The notes beneath the pieces are model-generated. The model saw only the letters and a program-made list of their open reading frames with translations, ran no database searches and was not told the origin of the DNA. A stretch of DNA of 24,000 nt from Escherichia coli (GTDB taxonomy: Bacteria > Pseudomonadota > Gammaproteobacteria > Enterobacterales > Enterobacteriaceae). Where the stretch lies: the NCBI RefSeq assembly GCF_032382315.1, contig NZ_CP135671.1. One strand, 5' to 3'. A program made the position numbers and the translations under genes. This document shows positions 1 to 10,092 of this stretch, one piece after another (position 1 is the stretch's first letter; each line of letters opens with the position of its first letter).

Positions 1-469
1 CATTCACGTTTTTGATCTCAACGAAGTCGACAGCCTTGGCATCTACGTTGATGGCGCAGATGAAATCAACGGCCACATGCAAATGATCAAAGGCGGCGGC
101 GCGGCGCTGACCCGTGAAAAAATCATTGCTTCGGTTGCAGAAAAATTTATCTGTATTGCAGACGCTTCCAAGCAGGTTGATATTCTGGGTAAATTCCCGC
201 TGCCAGTAGAAGTTATCCCGATGGCACGTAGTGCAGTGGCGCGTCAGCTGGTGAAACTGGGCGGTCGTCCGGAATACCGTCAGGGCGTGGTGACCGATAA
301 TGGCAACGTGATCCTCGACGTCCACGGCATGGAAATCCTTGACCCGATAGCGATGGAAAACGCCATAAATGCGATTCCTGGCGTGGTGACTGTTGGCTTG
401 TTTGCTAACCGTGGCGCGGACGTTGCGCTGATTGGCACACCTGACGGTGTCAAAACCATTGTGAAATGA
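1..469 (+). CDS. rpiA: Ribose-5-phosphate isomerase A, 3' part (5' truncated by window edge)
   Basis: Frame open from base 2 ([45 protein letters not shown]...[11 protein letters not shown]), matches E. coli RpiA C-terminus. Confidence 0.97.
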
Positions 470-724
470 TCTGACGGGGGAACCTCCCCCGTTAAAAAAA
501 TTCTCTTCATTAAATTTGGTGACATGTGTCACGTTTTTACCTGGCTATTGTCGATTGCTCTAAATAAATCTTCTAAACCAGCATATTCATCCAAGAATTA
601 CCTTTGCGTGATATTTCCTCAACATCGCGACGCAAACGTTCATATTGCCGCAATATTATTTTTTGATATGTTGAAAGGCGGACGCAAATCCGCACACAAC
701 ATTTCAAAAGACAGGATTGGGTAA

Positions 725-1957
725 ATGGCAAAGGTATCGCTGGAGAAAGACAAGATTAAGTTTCTGCTGGTAGAAGGCGTGCACCAAAAGGCGCTGGAAA
801 GCCTTCGTGCAGCTGGTTACACCAACATCGAATTTCACAAAGGCGCGCTGGATGATGAACAATTAAAAGAATCCATCCGCGATGCCCACTTCATCGGCCT
901 GCGATCCCGTACCCATCTGACTGAAGACGTGATCAACGCCGCAGAAAAACTGGTCGCTATTGGCTGTTTCTGTATCGGAACAAACCAGGTTGATCTGGAT
1001 GCGGCGGCAAAGCGCGGGATCCCGGTATTTAACGCACCGTTCTCAAATACGCGCTCTGTTGCGGAGCTGGTGATTGGCGAACTGCTGCTGCTATTGCGCG
1101 GCGTGCCGGAAGCCAATGCTAAAGCGCACCGTGGCGTGTGGAACAAACTGGCGGCGGGTTCTTTTGAAGCGCGCGGCAAAAAGCTGGGTATCATCGGCTA
1201 CGGTCATATTGGTACGCAATTGGGCATTCTGGCTGAATCGCTGGGAATGTATGTTTACTTTTATGATATTGAAAATAAACTGCCGCTGGGCAACGCCACT
1301 CAGGTACAGCATCTTTCTGACCTGCTGAATATGAGCGATGTGGTGAGTCTGCATGTACCAGAGAATCCGTCCACCAAAAATATGATGGGCGCGAAAGAAA
1401 TTTCACTAATGAAGCCCGGCTCGCTGCTGATTAATGCTTCGCGCGGTACTGTGGTGGATATTCCGGCGCTGTGTGATGCGCTGGCGAGCAAACATCTGGC
1501 GGGGGCGGCAATCGACGTATTCCCGACGGAACCGGCGACCAATAGCGATCCATTTACCTCTCCGCTGTGTGAATTCGACAACGTCCTTCTGACGCCACAC
1601 ATTGGCGGTTCGACTCAGGAAGCGCAGGAGAATATCGGCCTGGAAGTTGCGGGTAAATTGATCAAGTATTCTGACAATGGCTCAACGCTCTCTGCGGTGA
1701 ACTTCCCGGAAGTCTCGCTGCCACTGCACGGTGGGCGTCGTCTGATGCACATCCACGAAAACCGTCCGGGCGTGCTAACTGCGCTGAACAAAATCTTCGC
1801 CGAGCAGGGCGTCAACATCGCCGCGCAATATCTGCAAACTTCCGCCCAGATGGGTTATGTGGTTATTGATATTGAAGCCGACGAAGACGTTGCCGAAAAA
1901 GCGCTGCAGGCAATGAAAGCTATTCCGGGTACCATTCGCGCCCGTCTGCTGTACTAA
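725..1957 (+). CDS. serA: D-3-phosphoglycerate dehydrogenase
   Basis: 410 aa ORF MAKVSLEKDKIKFLLVEGVHQKALESLRAAGYTNIEFHKG...; NAD-binding GYGHIGTQLG motif and C-terminal ACT domain; matches E. coli SerA. Confidence 0.99.
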   Translation: MAKVSLEKDKIKFLLVEGVHQKALESLRAAGYTNIEFHKGALDDEQLKESIRDAHFIGLRSRTHLTEDVINAAEKLVAIGCFCIGTNQVDLDAAAKRGIPVFNAPFSNTRSVAELVIGELLLLLRGVPEANAKAHRGVWNKLAAGSFEARGKKLGIIGYGHIGTQLGILAESLGMYVYFYDIENKLPLGNATQVQHLSDLLNMSDVVSLHVPENPSTKNMMGAKEISLMKPGSLLINASRGTVVDIPALCDALASKHLAGAAIDVFPTEPATNSDPFTSPLCEFDNVLLTPHIGGSTQEAQENIGLEVAGKLIKYSDNGSTLSAVNFPEVSLPLHGGRRLMHIHENRPGVLTALNKIFAEQGVNIAAQYLQTSAQMGYVVIDIEADEDVAEKALQAMKAIPGTIRARLLY

Positions 1958-1976
1958 TTCCCCTTCTCTGAAAATC

Positions 1977-2008
1977 AACGGGCAGGTCACTGACTTGCCC
2001 GTTTTTTT
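1977..2008 (+). terminator. Rho-independent terminator of serA
   Basis: AACGGGCAGGTCACTGACTTGCCCGTTTTTTT: GC stem followed by a T run directly after the serA stop. Confidence 0.9.
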
Positions 2009-2143
2009 ATCCCTTCTCCACACCGTTGCCGCGTTGCGCATTCTACTTTGCGAGTCTGCTCCAGAAAATAAATCAAAGTCAGATCAATGCGTTGTGTTTA
2101 TTTAATGGGGATTTACGATGGCAGGGCAGCATGGGGCTGTAAC

Positions 2144-2282
2144 GGTAAAGCCCTCACCGAAGCGAGGGCTTGAAGGAGAAGGGTTATGATGCGACTTGTC
2201 ATCATACTGATTGTACTGTTACTCATAAGTTTCAGCGCTTATTAACAGTCAGTCTCAGGGGAGGAGCAATCCTCCCTTACCC
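2144..2282 (-). ncRNA. sibC: SibC antisense sRNA (antitoxin of type I TA pair); ends approximate
   Basis: Position between serA and fau, complementary to the ibsC ORF; minus strand ends in GCCCTCGCTTCGGTGAGGGCTTT hairpin/terminator. Exact 5' end not derivable from sequence alone. Confidence 0.85.
2186..2245 (+). CDS. ibsC: Ibs family hydrophobic 19-aa toxin
   Basis: ATGATGCGACTTGTCATCATACTGATTGTACTGTTACTCATAAGTTTCAGCGCTTATTAA = MMRLVIILIVLLLISFSAY*, preceded by GGAGAAGG SD; opposite to SibC. Confidence 0.92.
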   Translation: MMRLVIILIVLLLISFSAY

Positions 2283-2345
2283 TTACTCACTAAATTAGGT
2301 CAAAGAATCAACGATGTCAATCAGGGCGATGCAGGTGTGTCGCCC

Positions 2346-2894
2346 TTACCACTCCCAGACTTTCGACGGTGTAACCACCGCAGGCAGTGGGATATCCCAC
2401 TCTTCAACGGGGAGTTTTTCCACCAACTGACAATCATGCGCATAACCCACCGGTTGCATTTTATAGTGCTGCCAGTTTTGTAAGGTCCGATCATAAAAAC
2501 CTCCGCCCATTCCCAGGCGCTGACCGTACTCATCAAAGGCGACCAGGGGGGTGATCAGGACGTCTAATCGGGAAAGGGGGAGCACGTCACGCACATCCAA
2601 TTTTGGCTCATGGATCTTCAACCTGTTCATCACCAGTTCGCTTTGCGGATGGTAATTCAGGAACAGCAAATTACCGGCACTAAAGGGATGCAAAACTGGA
2701 AGATATACGCGCTTACCGGCGCGCCAGAGTTGTTCTATGAGTGGCTGGGTGTCGAGTTCGCCATCAAAAGAGAGGAATACAGCGACCGTATGTGCCATCA
2801 CCACCGGGGGATAAGTCATCATCCGGGTAGCGGCTTGTTGACCCATTTCCTGCTGTTGTTCCGGCGTTAACGCACGACGACGTTGCCGAATCAT
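2346..2894 (-). CDS. fau: 5-formyltetrahydrofolate cyclo-ligase family protein (182 aa; alternative upstream ATG at 2948)
   Basis: MIRQRRRALTPEQQQEMGQQAATRMMTYPPV...GMGGGFYDRTL...; cotranscribed with 6S RNA in E. coli. The 248-aa ORF in the track extends artefactually through 6S RNA. Confidence 0.95.
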   Translation of the reverse strand: MIRQRRRALTPEQQQEMGQQAATRMMTYPPVVMAHTVAVFLSFDGELDTQPLIEQLWRAGKRVYLPVLHPFSAGNLLFLNYHPQSELVMNRLKIHEPKLDVRDVLPLSRLDVLITPLVAFDEYGQRLGMGGGFYDRTLQNWQHYKMQPVGYAHDCQLVEKLPVEEWDIPLPAVVTPSKVWEW

Positions 2895-2968
2895 TTTGCG
2901 GATTTCTTGTCGGGATAATGTCAGTGGGAGTTCTGGTAGTTGCGTCATGGCTGGTGCCAGATAAGAAG

Positions 2969-3152
2969 GGAATCTCCGAGATGCCGCCGCAGGCTGTAAC
3001 CCTTGAACCCTTGGTTCAAGGTGAATGTGTCGTCGCAGTTTTAAGGCTTCTCGGACGGACCGAGCATGCTCACCAACCGCGGAGCGCCACATTCTTGTGG
3101 TATGAAATATCGGCTCAGGGGACTGGCCCGCTTGCGAACATCTCAGAGAAAT
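2969..3152 (-). ncRNA. ssrS: 6S RNA
   Basis: Minus strand ATTTCTCTGAGATGTTCGCAAGCGGGCCAGTCCCCTGAGCCGATATTTCATACCACAAGAATGTGGCGCTCCGCGGTTGGTGAGCATGCTCGG...GGCATCTCGGAGATTCC, ~184 nt with complementary ends. Confidence 0.96.
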
Positions 3153-3193
3153 TTTGTCTTCACGGTTACTCTACCACAGTAAACCGAAAAGTG

Positions 3194-3589
<396 letters not shown>

Positions 3590-3690
3590 CTATAGCTACC
3601 CTGATGAGAAGAGACAAGCCCTTTTCTGGTCCACCAGGGCCCAAAGTGGTAGCATATCATGAATATTCCTCCCTTTGACGACGAATGCTT

Positions 3691-4269
3691 ATGTCTATAC
3701 AGAACGAAATGCCTGGTTACAACGAAATGAACCAGTATCTGAACCAACAAGGGACGGGTCTGACCCCAGCTGAGATGCATGGTTTAATCAGCGGGATGAT
3801 ATGTGGCGGTAACGATGACAGCTCATGGCTACCGCTACTTCACGACCTGACGAACGAAGGCATGGCTTTCGGTCATGAGCTGGCACAGGCACTGCGTAAA
3901 ATGCACTCTGCCACCAGCGATGCCCTGCAGGATGACGGCTTCCTTTTTCAGCTTTATCTGCCTGATGGCGATGATGTCAGCGTTTTCGATCGGGCTGATG
4001 CATTGGCAGGTTGGGTCAATCACTTCCTGCTTGGTCTTGGCGTTACGCAACCGAAGCTGGATAAAGTGACCGGCGAAACCGGTGAAGCTATCGACGATCT
4101 GCGTAACATTGCGCAACTGGGTTACGACGAAGACGAAGATCAGGAAGAGCTTGAAATGTCGCTTGAAGAGATCATCGAATACGTTCGTGTTGCCGCGCTG
4201 TTATGCCACGACACCTTTACTCATCCGCAACCGACCGCGCCAGAAGTACAAAAACCGACTCTACACTAA
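3691..4269 (+). CDS. ygfB: YgfB family (UPF0149) protein, 192 aa
   Basis: [40 protein letters not shown]...; gene order ygfB-pepP-ubiH. Confidence 0.96.
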
Positions 4270-4294
4270 AAACAAAAAACGTAAGGAGAGTGTT

Positions 4295-5620
4295 ATGAGT
4301 GAGATATCCCGGCAAGAGTTTCAGCGTCGCCGTCAGGCCCTGGTGGAGCAAATGCAACCCGGCAGCGCCGCGCTGATTTTTGCTGCACCAGAAGTAACAC
4401 GTAGCGCCGACAGCGAATACCCCTATCGTCAGAACAGTGACTTCTGGTACTTCACCGGCTTTAACGAACCGGAAGCGGTGCTGGTGCTGATTAAAAGCGA
4501 TGACACTCATAACCACAGCGTTCTGTTTAACCGCGTTCGCGACCTGACGGCGGAGATCTGGTTTGGCCGTCGCTTAGGCCAGGATGCCGCGCCAGAGAAA
4601 CTGGGCGTTGACCGCGCACTGGCATTCAGCGAAATCAATCAGCAACTTTATCAACTACTTAACGGCCTGGATGTGGTTTACCATGCCCAGGGCGAATATG
4701 CATATGCTGATGAAATCGTGAACAGTGCGCTGGAAAAACTGCGTAAAGGTTCGCGGCAAAATCTCACCGCACCGGCAACGATGATCGACTGGCGTCCTGT
4801 TGTTCATGAAATGCGCCTGTTCAAATCGCCAGAAGAGATTGCCGTACTCCGCCGCGCGGGAGAAATCACCGCCATGGCACATACCCGGGCGATGGAAAAA
4901 TGCCGTCCGGGAATGTTCGAGTACCATCTGGAAGGCGAAATTCACCACGAATTTAACCGCCACGGTGCGCGCTATCCGTCCTATAACACCATTGTCGGCA
5001 GCGGTGAAAACGGCTGCATTCTGCACTACACCGAAAACGAGTGTGAAATGCGCGACGGCGATCTGGTGTTGATTGACGCGGGTTGCGAATACAAAGGTTA
5101 CGCTGGCGATATTACCCGCACCTTCCCGGTCAACGGCAAATTCACCCAGGCCCAGCGTGAAATCTACGACATTGTGCTGGAGTCTCTCGAAACCAGCCTG
5201 CGCCTGTATCGTCCGGGAACTTCCATTCTGGAAGTCACTGGTGAAGTGGTGCGCATCATGGTTAGCGGCCTGGTAAAACTCGGCATCCTGAAAGGTGATG
5301 TTGATGAACTGATCGCTCAGAACGCCCATCGTCCTTTCTTTATGCATGGCCTTAGCCACTGGTTAGGACTGGATGTCCATGACGTTGGCGTTTATGGTCA
5401 GGATCGCTCGCGCATTCTGGAACCGGGGATGGTACTGACCGTAGAGCCTGGTCTGTATATCGCGCCGGATGCGGATGTGCCAGAACAATATCGCGGTATC
5501 GGCATTCGTATTGAAGACGACATTGTGATTACCGAAACCGGTAACGAAAACCTCACCGCCAGCGTGGTGAAAAAGCCGGAAGAAATCGAAGCGTTGATGG
5601 CTGCTGCGAGAAAGCAATGA
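4295..5620 (+). CDS. pepP: Xaa-Pro aminopeptidase P II
   Basis: 441 aa from MSEISRQEFQRRRQALVEQMQPG..., with AAGGAG SD; metallopeptidase motifs HGLSHWLGLDVHDVG, EPGLYI. Confidence 0.98.
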   Translation: MSEISRQEFQRRRQALVEQMQPGSAALIFAAPEVTRSADSEYPYRQNSDFWYFTGFNEPEAVLVLIKSDDTHNHSVLFNRVRDLTAEIWFGRRLGQDAAPEKLGVDRALAFSEINQQLYQLLNGLDVVYHAQGEYAYADEIVNSALEKLRKGSRQNLTAPATMIDWRPVVHEMRLFKSPEEIAVLRRAGEITAMAHTRAMEKCRPGMFEYHLEGEIHHEFNRHGARYPSYNTIVGSGENGCILHYTENECEMRDGDLVLIDAGCEYKGYAGDITRTFPVNGKFTQAQREIYDIVLESLETSLRLYRPGTSILEVTGEVVRIMVSGLVKLGILKGDVDELIAQNAHRPFFMHGLSHWLGLDVHDVGVYGQDRSRILEPGMVLTVEPGLYIAPDADVPEQYRGIGIRIEDDIVITETGNENLTASVVKKPEEIEALMAAARKQ

Positions 5621-6795
5621 GCGTAATCATCGTCGGTGGCGGCATGGCGGGCGCGACGCTGGCGCTGGCTATTTCCCGGTTAAGTCACGGGGCGCTGCCG
5701 GTACATTTGATTGAAGCGACTGCGCCAGAGTCACATGCTCATCCGGGCTTTGATGGACGAGCGATAGCGCTGGCGGCGGGTACCTGTCAGCAACTGGCGC
5801 GCATCGGCGTCTGGCAATCTCTGGCGGATTGCGCAACTGCCATCACCACCGTGCATGTCAGCGATCGTGGTCACGCTGGATTTGTCACCCTTGCCGCAGA
5901 AGATTACCAACTGGCGGCGCTGGGACAGGTTGTCGAATTGCACAATGTCGGGCAACGGCTGTTTGCATTGCTGCGTAAAGCACCTGGCGTAACGCTGCAT
6001 TGCCCTGATCGCGTGGCTAACGTTGCCCGTACTCAGAGTCACGTTGAAGTGACGCTGGAGAGTGGCGAGACGCTGACGGGCCGCGTGCTGGTAGCCGCTG
6101 ATGGCACCCATTCAGCGTTAGCCACCGCGTGCGGCGTTGACTGGCAGCAGGAGCCTTACGAACAACTGGCAGTGATTGCCAACGTTGCTACTTCTGTTGC
6201 GCACGAAGGCCGCGCTTTTGAACGCTTCACGCAACATGGCCCGCTGGCGATGTTGCCGATGTCTGACGGACGCTGTTCGCTGGTCTGGTGTCATCCACTG
6301 GAACGGCGCGAAGAGGTGCTGTCGTGGAGTGACGAGAAGTTTTGCCGTGAGCTCCAGTCGGCCTTTGGCTGGCGACTTGGAAAAATTACCCACGCCGGTA
6401 AACGCAGTGCTTATCCGCTGGCGTTAACCCGCGCCGCCAGAGCTATTACCCATCGTACCGTGCTGGTGGGCAATGCGGCGCAAACCCTGCACCCGATTGC
6501 CGGGCAAGGGTTCAACCTCGGTATGCGAGATGTGATGAGTCTTGCGGAAACCCTGACTCAGGCGCAGGAGCGCGGAGAAGACATGGGGGATTACGGCGTA
6601 TTGTGCCGTTATCAGCAGCGTCGACAGAGCGATCGCGAAGCAACCATCGGCGTCACGGACAGCCTGGTACATCTTTTTGCCAACCGTTGGGCACCGCTGG
6701 TTGTCGGGCGCAACATCGGACTGATGACGATGGAATTATTCACCCCGGCACGCGATGTGCTGGCGCAGCGCACCCTCGGTTGGGTGGCGCGTTGA
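5617..6795 (+). CDS. ubiH: 2-octaprenyl-6-methoxyphenol hydroxylase
   Basis: 392 aa, N-terminal FAD motif VGGGMAGATLALA, overlaps pepP stop by 4 nt (ATGA). Confidence 0.97.
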   Translation: MSVIIVGGGMAGATLALAISRLSHGALPVHLIEATAPESHAHPGFDGRAIALAAGTCQQLARIGVWQSLADCATAITTVHVSDRGHAGFVTLAAEDYQLAALGQVVELHNVGQRLFALLRKAPGVTLHCPDRVANVARTQSHVEVTLESGETLTGRVLVAADGTHSALATACGVDWQQEPYEQLAVIANVATSVAHEGRAFERFTQHGPLAMLPMSDGRCSLVWCHPLERREEVLSWSDEKFCRELQSAFGWRLGKITHAGKRSAYPLALTRAARAITHRTVLVGNAAQTLHPIAGQGFNLGMRDVMSLAETLTQAQERGEDMGDYGVLCRYQQRRQSDREATIGVTDSLVHLFANRWAPLVVGRNIGLMTMELFTPARDVLAQRTLGWVAR

Positions 6796-6817
6796 AGGCG
6801 GTTTTAAGGAATAAACA

Positions 6818-8020
6818 ATGCAAAGTGTTGATGTAGCCATTGTTGGTGGCGGCATGGTGGGGCTGGCGGTTGCCTGCGGCTTACAGGGGAGCGGCTTACG
6901 CGTTGCCGTACTGGAGCAGCGCGTACCGGAACCTCTGGCGGCGGATGCACCACCACAACTGCGCGTTTCGGCTATCAATGCCGCCAGCGAAAAATTACTC
7001 ACCCGTCTTGGCGTCTGGCAGGACATTCTCTCTCGTAGGGCCAGTTGTTATCACGGTATGGAAGTGTGGGACAAAGACAGTTTTGGTCACATTTCGTTTG
7101 ACGATCAAAGCATGGGCTATAGCCATCTTGGGCATATCGTTGAAAACTCAGTGATTCACTACGCGCTGTGGAACAAAGCGCAGCAGTCGTCAGATATCAC
7201 TCTGTTGGCCCCCGCAGAATTACAGCAGGTCGCCTGGGGAGAAAATGAAACTTTCCTGACGCTGAAAGATGGCAGCATGTTAACGGCGCGTCTGGTGATT
7301 GGCGCGGACGGTGCTAATTCCTGGTTGCGCAACAAAGCAGATATTCCGCTGACTTTCTGGGATTATCAGCATCACGCGCTGGTAGCGACCATTCGCACGG
7401 AAGAACCGCATGATGCGGTGGCGCGGCAGGTTTTCCATGGCGAAGGCATTCTGGCCTTTTTACCGCTTAGCGATCCGCATCTTTGCTCAATTGTCTGGTC
7501 ACTGTCGCCAGAGGAAGCGCAGCGGATGCAGCAGGCAAGTGAAGATGAATTTAATCGCGCGTTAAATATCGCTTTTGATAATCGCCTGGGCTTATGCAAG
7601 GTTGAGAGCGCGCGTCAGGTGTTCCCACTGACGGGGCGTTATGCGCGCCAGTTTGCCGCGCACCGTCTGGTGCTGGTGGGCGACGCCGCGCATACCATTC
7701 ACCCGCTGGCGGGGCAGGGAGTAAATCTCGGCTTTATGGATGCTGCAGAGCTGATTGCTGAACTGAAACGGTTGCATCGTCAGGGGAAAGACATCGGGCA
7801 GTACATTTACCTGCGCCGGTATGAGCGTAGCCGCAAGCACAGTGCGGCGCTGATGCTGGCTGGTATGCAGGGATTCCGCGATCTGTTTTCCGGTACCAAT
7901 CCGGCGAAAAAACTGCTGCGTGATATTGGTTTGAAACTGGCCGACACGCTTCCTGGCGTTAAACCACAACTTATCCGCCAGGCAATGGGATTAAACGATT
8001 TGCCTGAATGGCTGCGTTAA
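6818..8020 (+). CDS. ubiI: FAD-dependent 2-octaprenylphenol hydroxylase
   Basis: 400 aa MQSVDVAIVGGGMVGLAVACGLQGSGLRVAVLEQ...; GDAAHTIHPLAGQGVNLG motif; formerly visC. Confidence 0.97.
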   Translation: MQSVDVAIVGGGMVGLAVACGLQGSGLRVAVLEQRVPEPLAADAPPQLRVSAINAASEKLLTRLGVWQDILSRRASCYHGMEVWDKDSFGHISFDDQSMGYSHLGHIVENSVIHYALWNKAQQSSDITLLAPAELQQVAWGENETFLTLKDGSMLTARLVIGADGANSWLRNKADIPLTFWDYQHHALVATIRTEEPHDAVARQVFHGEGILAFLPLSDPHLCSIVWSLSPEEAQRMQQASEDEFNRALNIAFDNRLGLCKVESARQVFPLTGRYARQFAAHRLVLVGDAAHTIHPLAGQGVNLGFMDAAELIAELKRLHRQGKDIGQYIYLRRYERSRKHSAALMLAGMQGFRDLFSGTNPAKKLLRDIGLKLADTLPGVKPQLIRQAMGLNDLPEWLR

Positions 8021-8466
8021 AAATTTCTCTTCTGCTGTTTATTTGATACCCATCACACTTTCATCTCCCGGTTTTTTCGCCGGGAGATTTTCCTCATTTG
8101 AAATAAACTAATTTCACCTCCGTTTTCGCATTATATTTTCTAATGTCATTATTTTTTGATTTAGTGTTTTTTGACATTTTTTTAGCTCTTAATATTGCCT
8201 TATTCAAATTAGCTTTCTAATGGCATCATCTTTATATAGAAACTGGTGTGTTTTTTGGTTTTTTATTCTGTCGCGATTTTGGCGTTTTTTAACCATAAGC
8301 TAATGTGATGATCAATTTTACCTTATGGTTAACAGTCTGTTTCGGTGGTAAGTTCAGGCAAAAGAGAACGATTGCGTTGGGGACCGGGAGTGGCTCCGAT
8401 GCTGGGTTTCGTGGTGATAATTTCACCATGAAAAGTTGTCAGCCCCGCTTATTCAATGAGGACAAG

Positions 8467-9561
8467 ATGGCACAACAGACTCCTTTGTACGAACAACACA
8501 CGCTTTGCGGCGCTCGCATGGTGGATTTCCACGGCTGGATGATGCCGCTGCATTACGGTTCGCAAATCGACGAACATCATGCGGTACGTACCGATGCCGG
8601 AATGTTTGATGTGTCACATATGACCATCGTCGATCTTCGCGGCAGCCGCACCCGGGAGTTTCTGCGTTATCTGCTGGCGAACGATGTGGCGAAGCTCACC
8701 AAAAGCGGCAAAGCCCTTTACTCGGGGATGTTGAATGCCTCTGGCGGTGTGATAGATGACCTCATCGTCTACTACTTTACTGAAGATTTCTTCCGCCTCG
8801 TTGTTAACTCCGCCACCCGCGAAAAAGACCTCTCCTGGATTACCCAACACGCTGAACCTTTCGGCATCGAAATTACCGTTCGTGATGACCTTTCCATGAT
8901 TGCCGTGCAAGGGCCGAATGCGCAGGCAAAAGCTGCCACACTGTTTAATGACGCCCAGCGTCAGGCGGTGGAAGGGATGAAACCGTTCTTTGGCGTGCAG
9001 GCGGGCGATCTGTTTATTGCCACCACTGGTTATACCGGTGAAGCGGGCTATGAAATTGCGCTGCCCAATGAAAAAGCGGCCGATTTCTGGCGTGCGCTGG
9101 TGGAAGCGGGTGTTAAGCCATGTGGCTTGGGCGCGCGTGACACGCTGCGTCTGGAAGCGGGCATGAATCTTTATGGTCAGGAGATGGACGAAACCATCTC
9201 TCCTTTAGCCGCCAACATGGGCTGGACTATCGCCTGGGAACCGGCAGATCGTGACTTTATCGGTCGTGAAGCCCTGGAAGTGCAGCGTGAGCATGGTACA
9301 GAAAAACTGGTTGGTCTGGTGATGACCGAAAAAGGCGTGCTGCGTAATGAACTGCCGGTACGCTTTACCGATGCGCAGGGCAACCAGCATGAAGGCATTA
9401 TCACCAGCGGTACTTTCTCCCCGACGCTGGGTTACAGCATTGCGCTGGCGCGCGTGCCGGAAGGTATTGGCGAAACGGCGATTGTGCAAATTCGCAACCG
9501 TGAAATGCCGGTTAAAGTGACAAAACCTGTTTTTGTGCGTAACGGCAAAGCCGTCGCGTGA
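8467..9561 (+). CDS. gcvT: Glycine cleavage system T protein (aminomethyltransferase)
   Basis: 364 aa from [31 protein letters not shown]...; the ORF track start at 8305 is upstream of the usual start. Confidence 0.98.
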
Positions 9562-9584
9562 TTTACTTTTTTGGAGATTGATTG

Positions 9585-9974
9585 ATGAGCAACGTACCAG
9601 CAGAACTGAAATACAGCAAAGAACACGAATGGCTGCGTAAAGAAGCCGACGGCACTTACACCGTTGGTATTACCGAACATGCTCAGGAGCTGTTAGGCGA
9701 TATGGTGTTTGTTGACCTGCCGGAAGTGGGCGCAACGGTTAGCGCGGGCGATGACTGCGCGGTTGCCGAATCAGTAAAAGCGGCGTCAGACATTTATGCG
9801 CCAGTAAGCGGTGAAATCGTGGCGGTAAACGACGCACTGAGCGATTCCCCGGAACTGGTGAACAGCGAACCGTATGCAGGTGGCTGGATCTTTAAAATCA
9901 AAGCCAGCGATGAAAGCGAACTGGAATCACTGCTGGATGCGACCGCATACGAAGCATTGTTAGAAGACGAGTAA
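9585..9974 (+). CDS. gcvH: Glycine cleavage system H protein
   Basis: 129 aa [20 protein letters not shown]...[19 protein letters not shown] (lipoyl-Lys context ESVKAA). Confidence 0.98.
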
Positions 9975-9984
9975 CGGCTTTATT

Positions 9985-10056
9985 CCTCTTCTGCGGGAGA
10001 GGATCAGGGTGAGGAAAATTTATGCCTCACCCTCACTCTCTTCGTAAGGAGAGAGG
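9985..10056. repeat. Intergenic double-hairpin repeat element between gcvH and gcvP
   Basis: CCTCTTCTGCGGGAGAGGATCAGGGTGAGG...CCTCACCCTCACTCTCTTCGTAAGGAGAGAGG: two small hairpins plus outer complementarity (GGGTGAGG/CCTCACCC), typical of enterobacterial intergenic mosaics. Confidence 0.7.
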
Positions 10057-10092
10057 TTCACAATTCACTGCACGTTTCAGGAACCATCGCTC

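Noticed and set aside
524-724. 66-aa ORF between rpiA and serA
   Set aside because: Covers the serA promoter/leader region, ends immediately before serA, no recognised homology; likely chance.
2346-3092. 248-aa version of Fau in the ORF track
   Set aside because: The first part (MWRSAVGEHARSVREALKLRRHIHLEPRVQGLQPAAASRR) is translation of 6S RNA; the real start is 2894 or at most 2948.
4655-5359. 234-aa minus-strand ORF antisense to pepP
   Set aside because: Antisense shadow of pepP coding sequence, no independent evidence.
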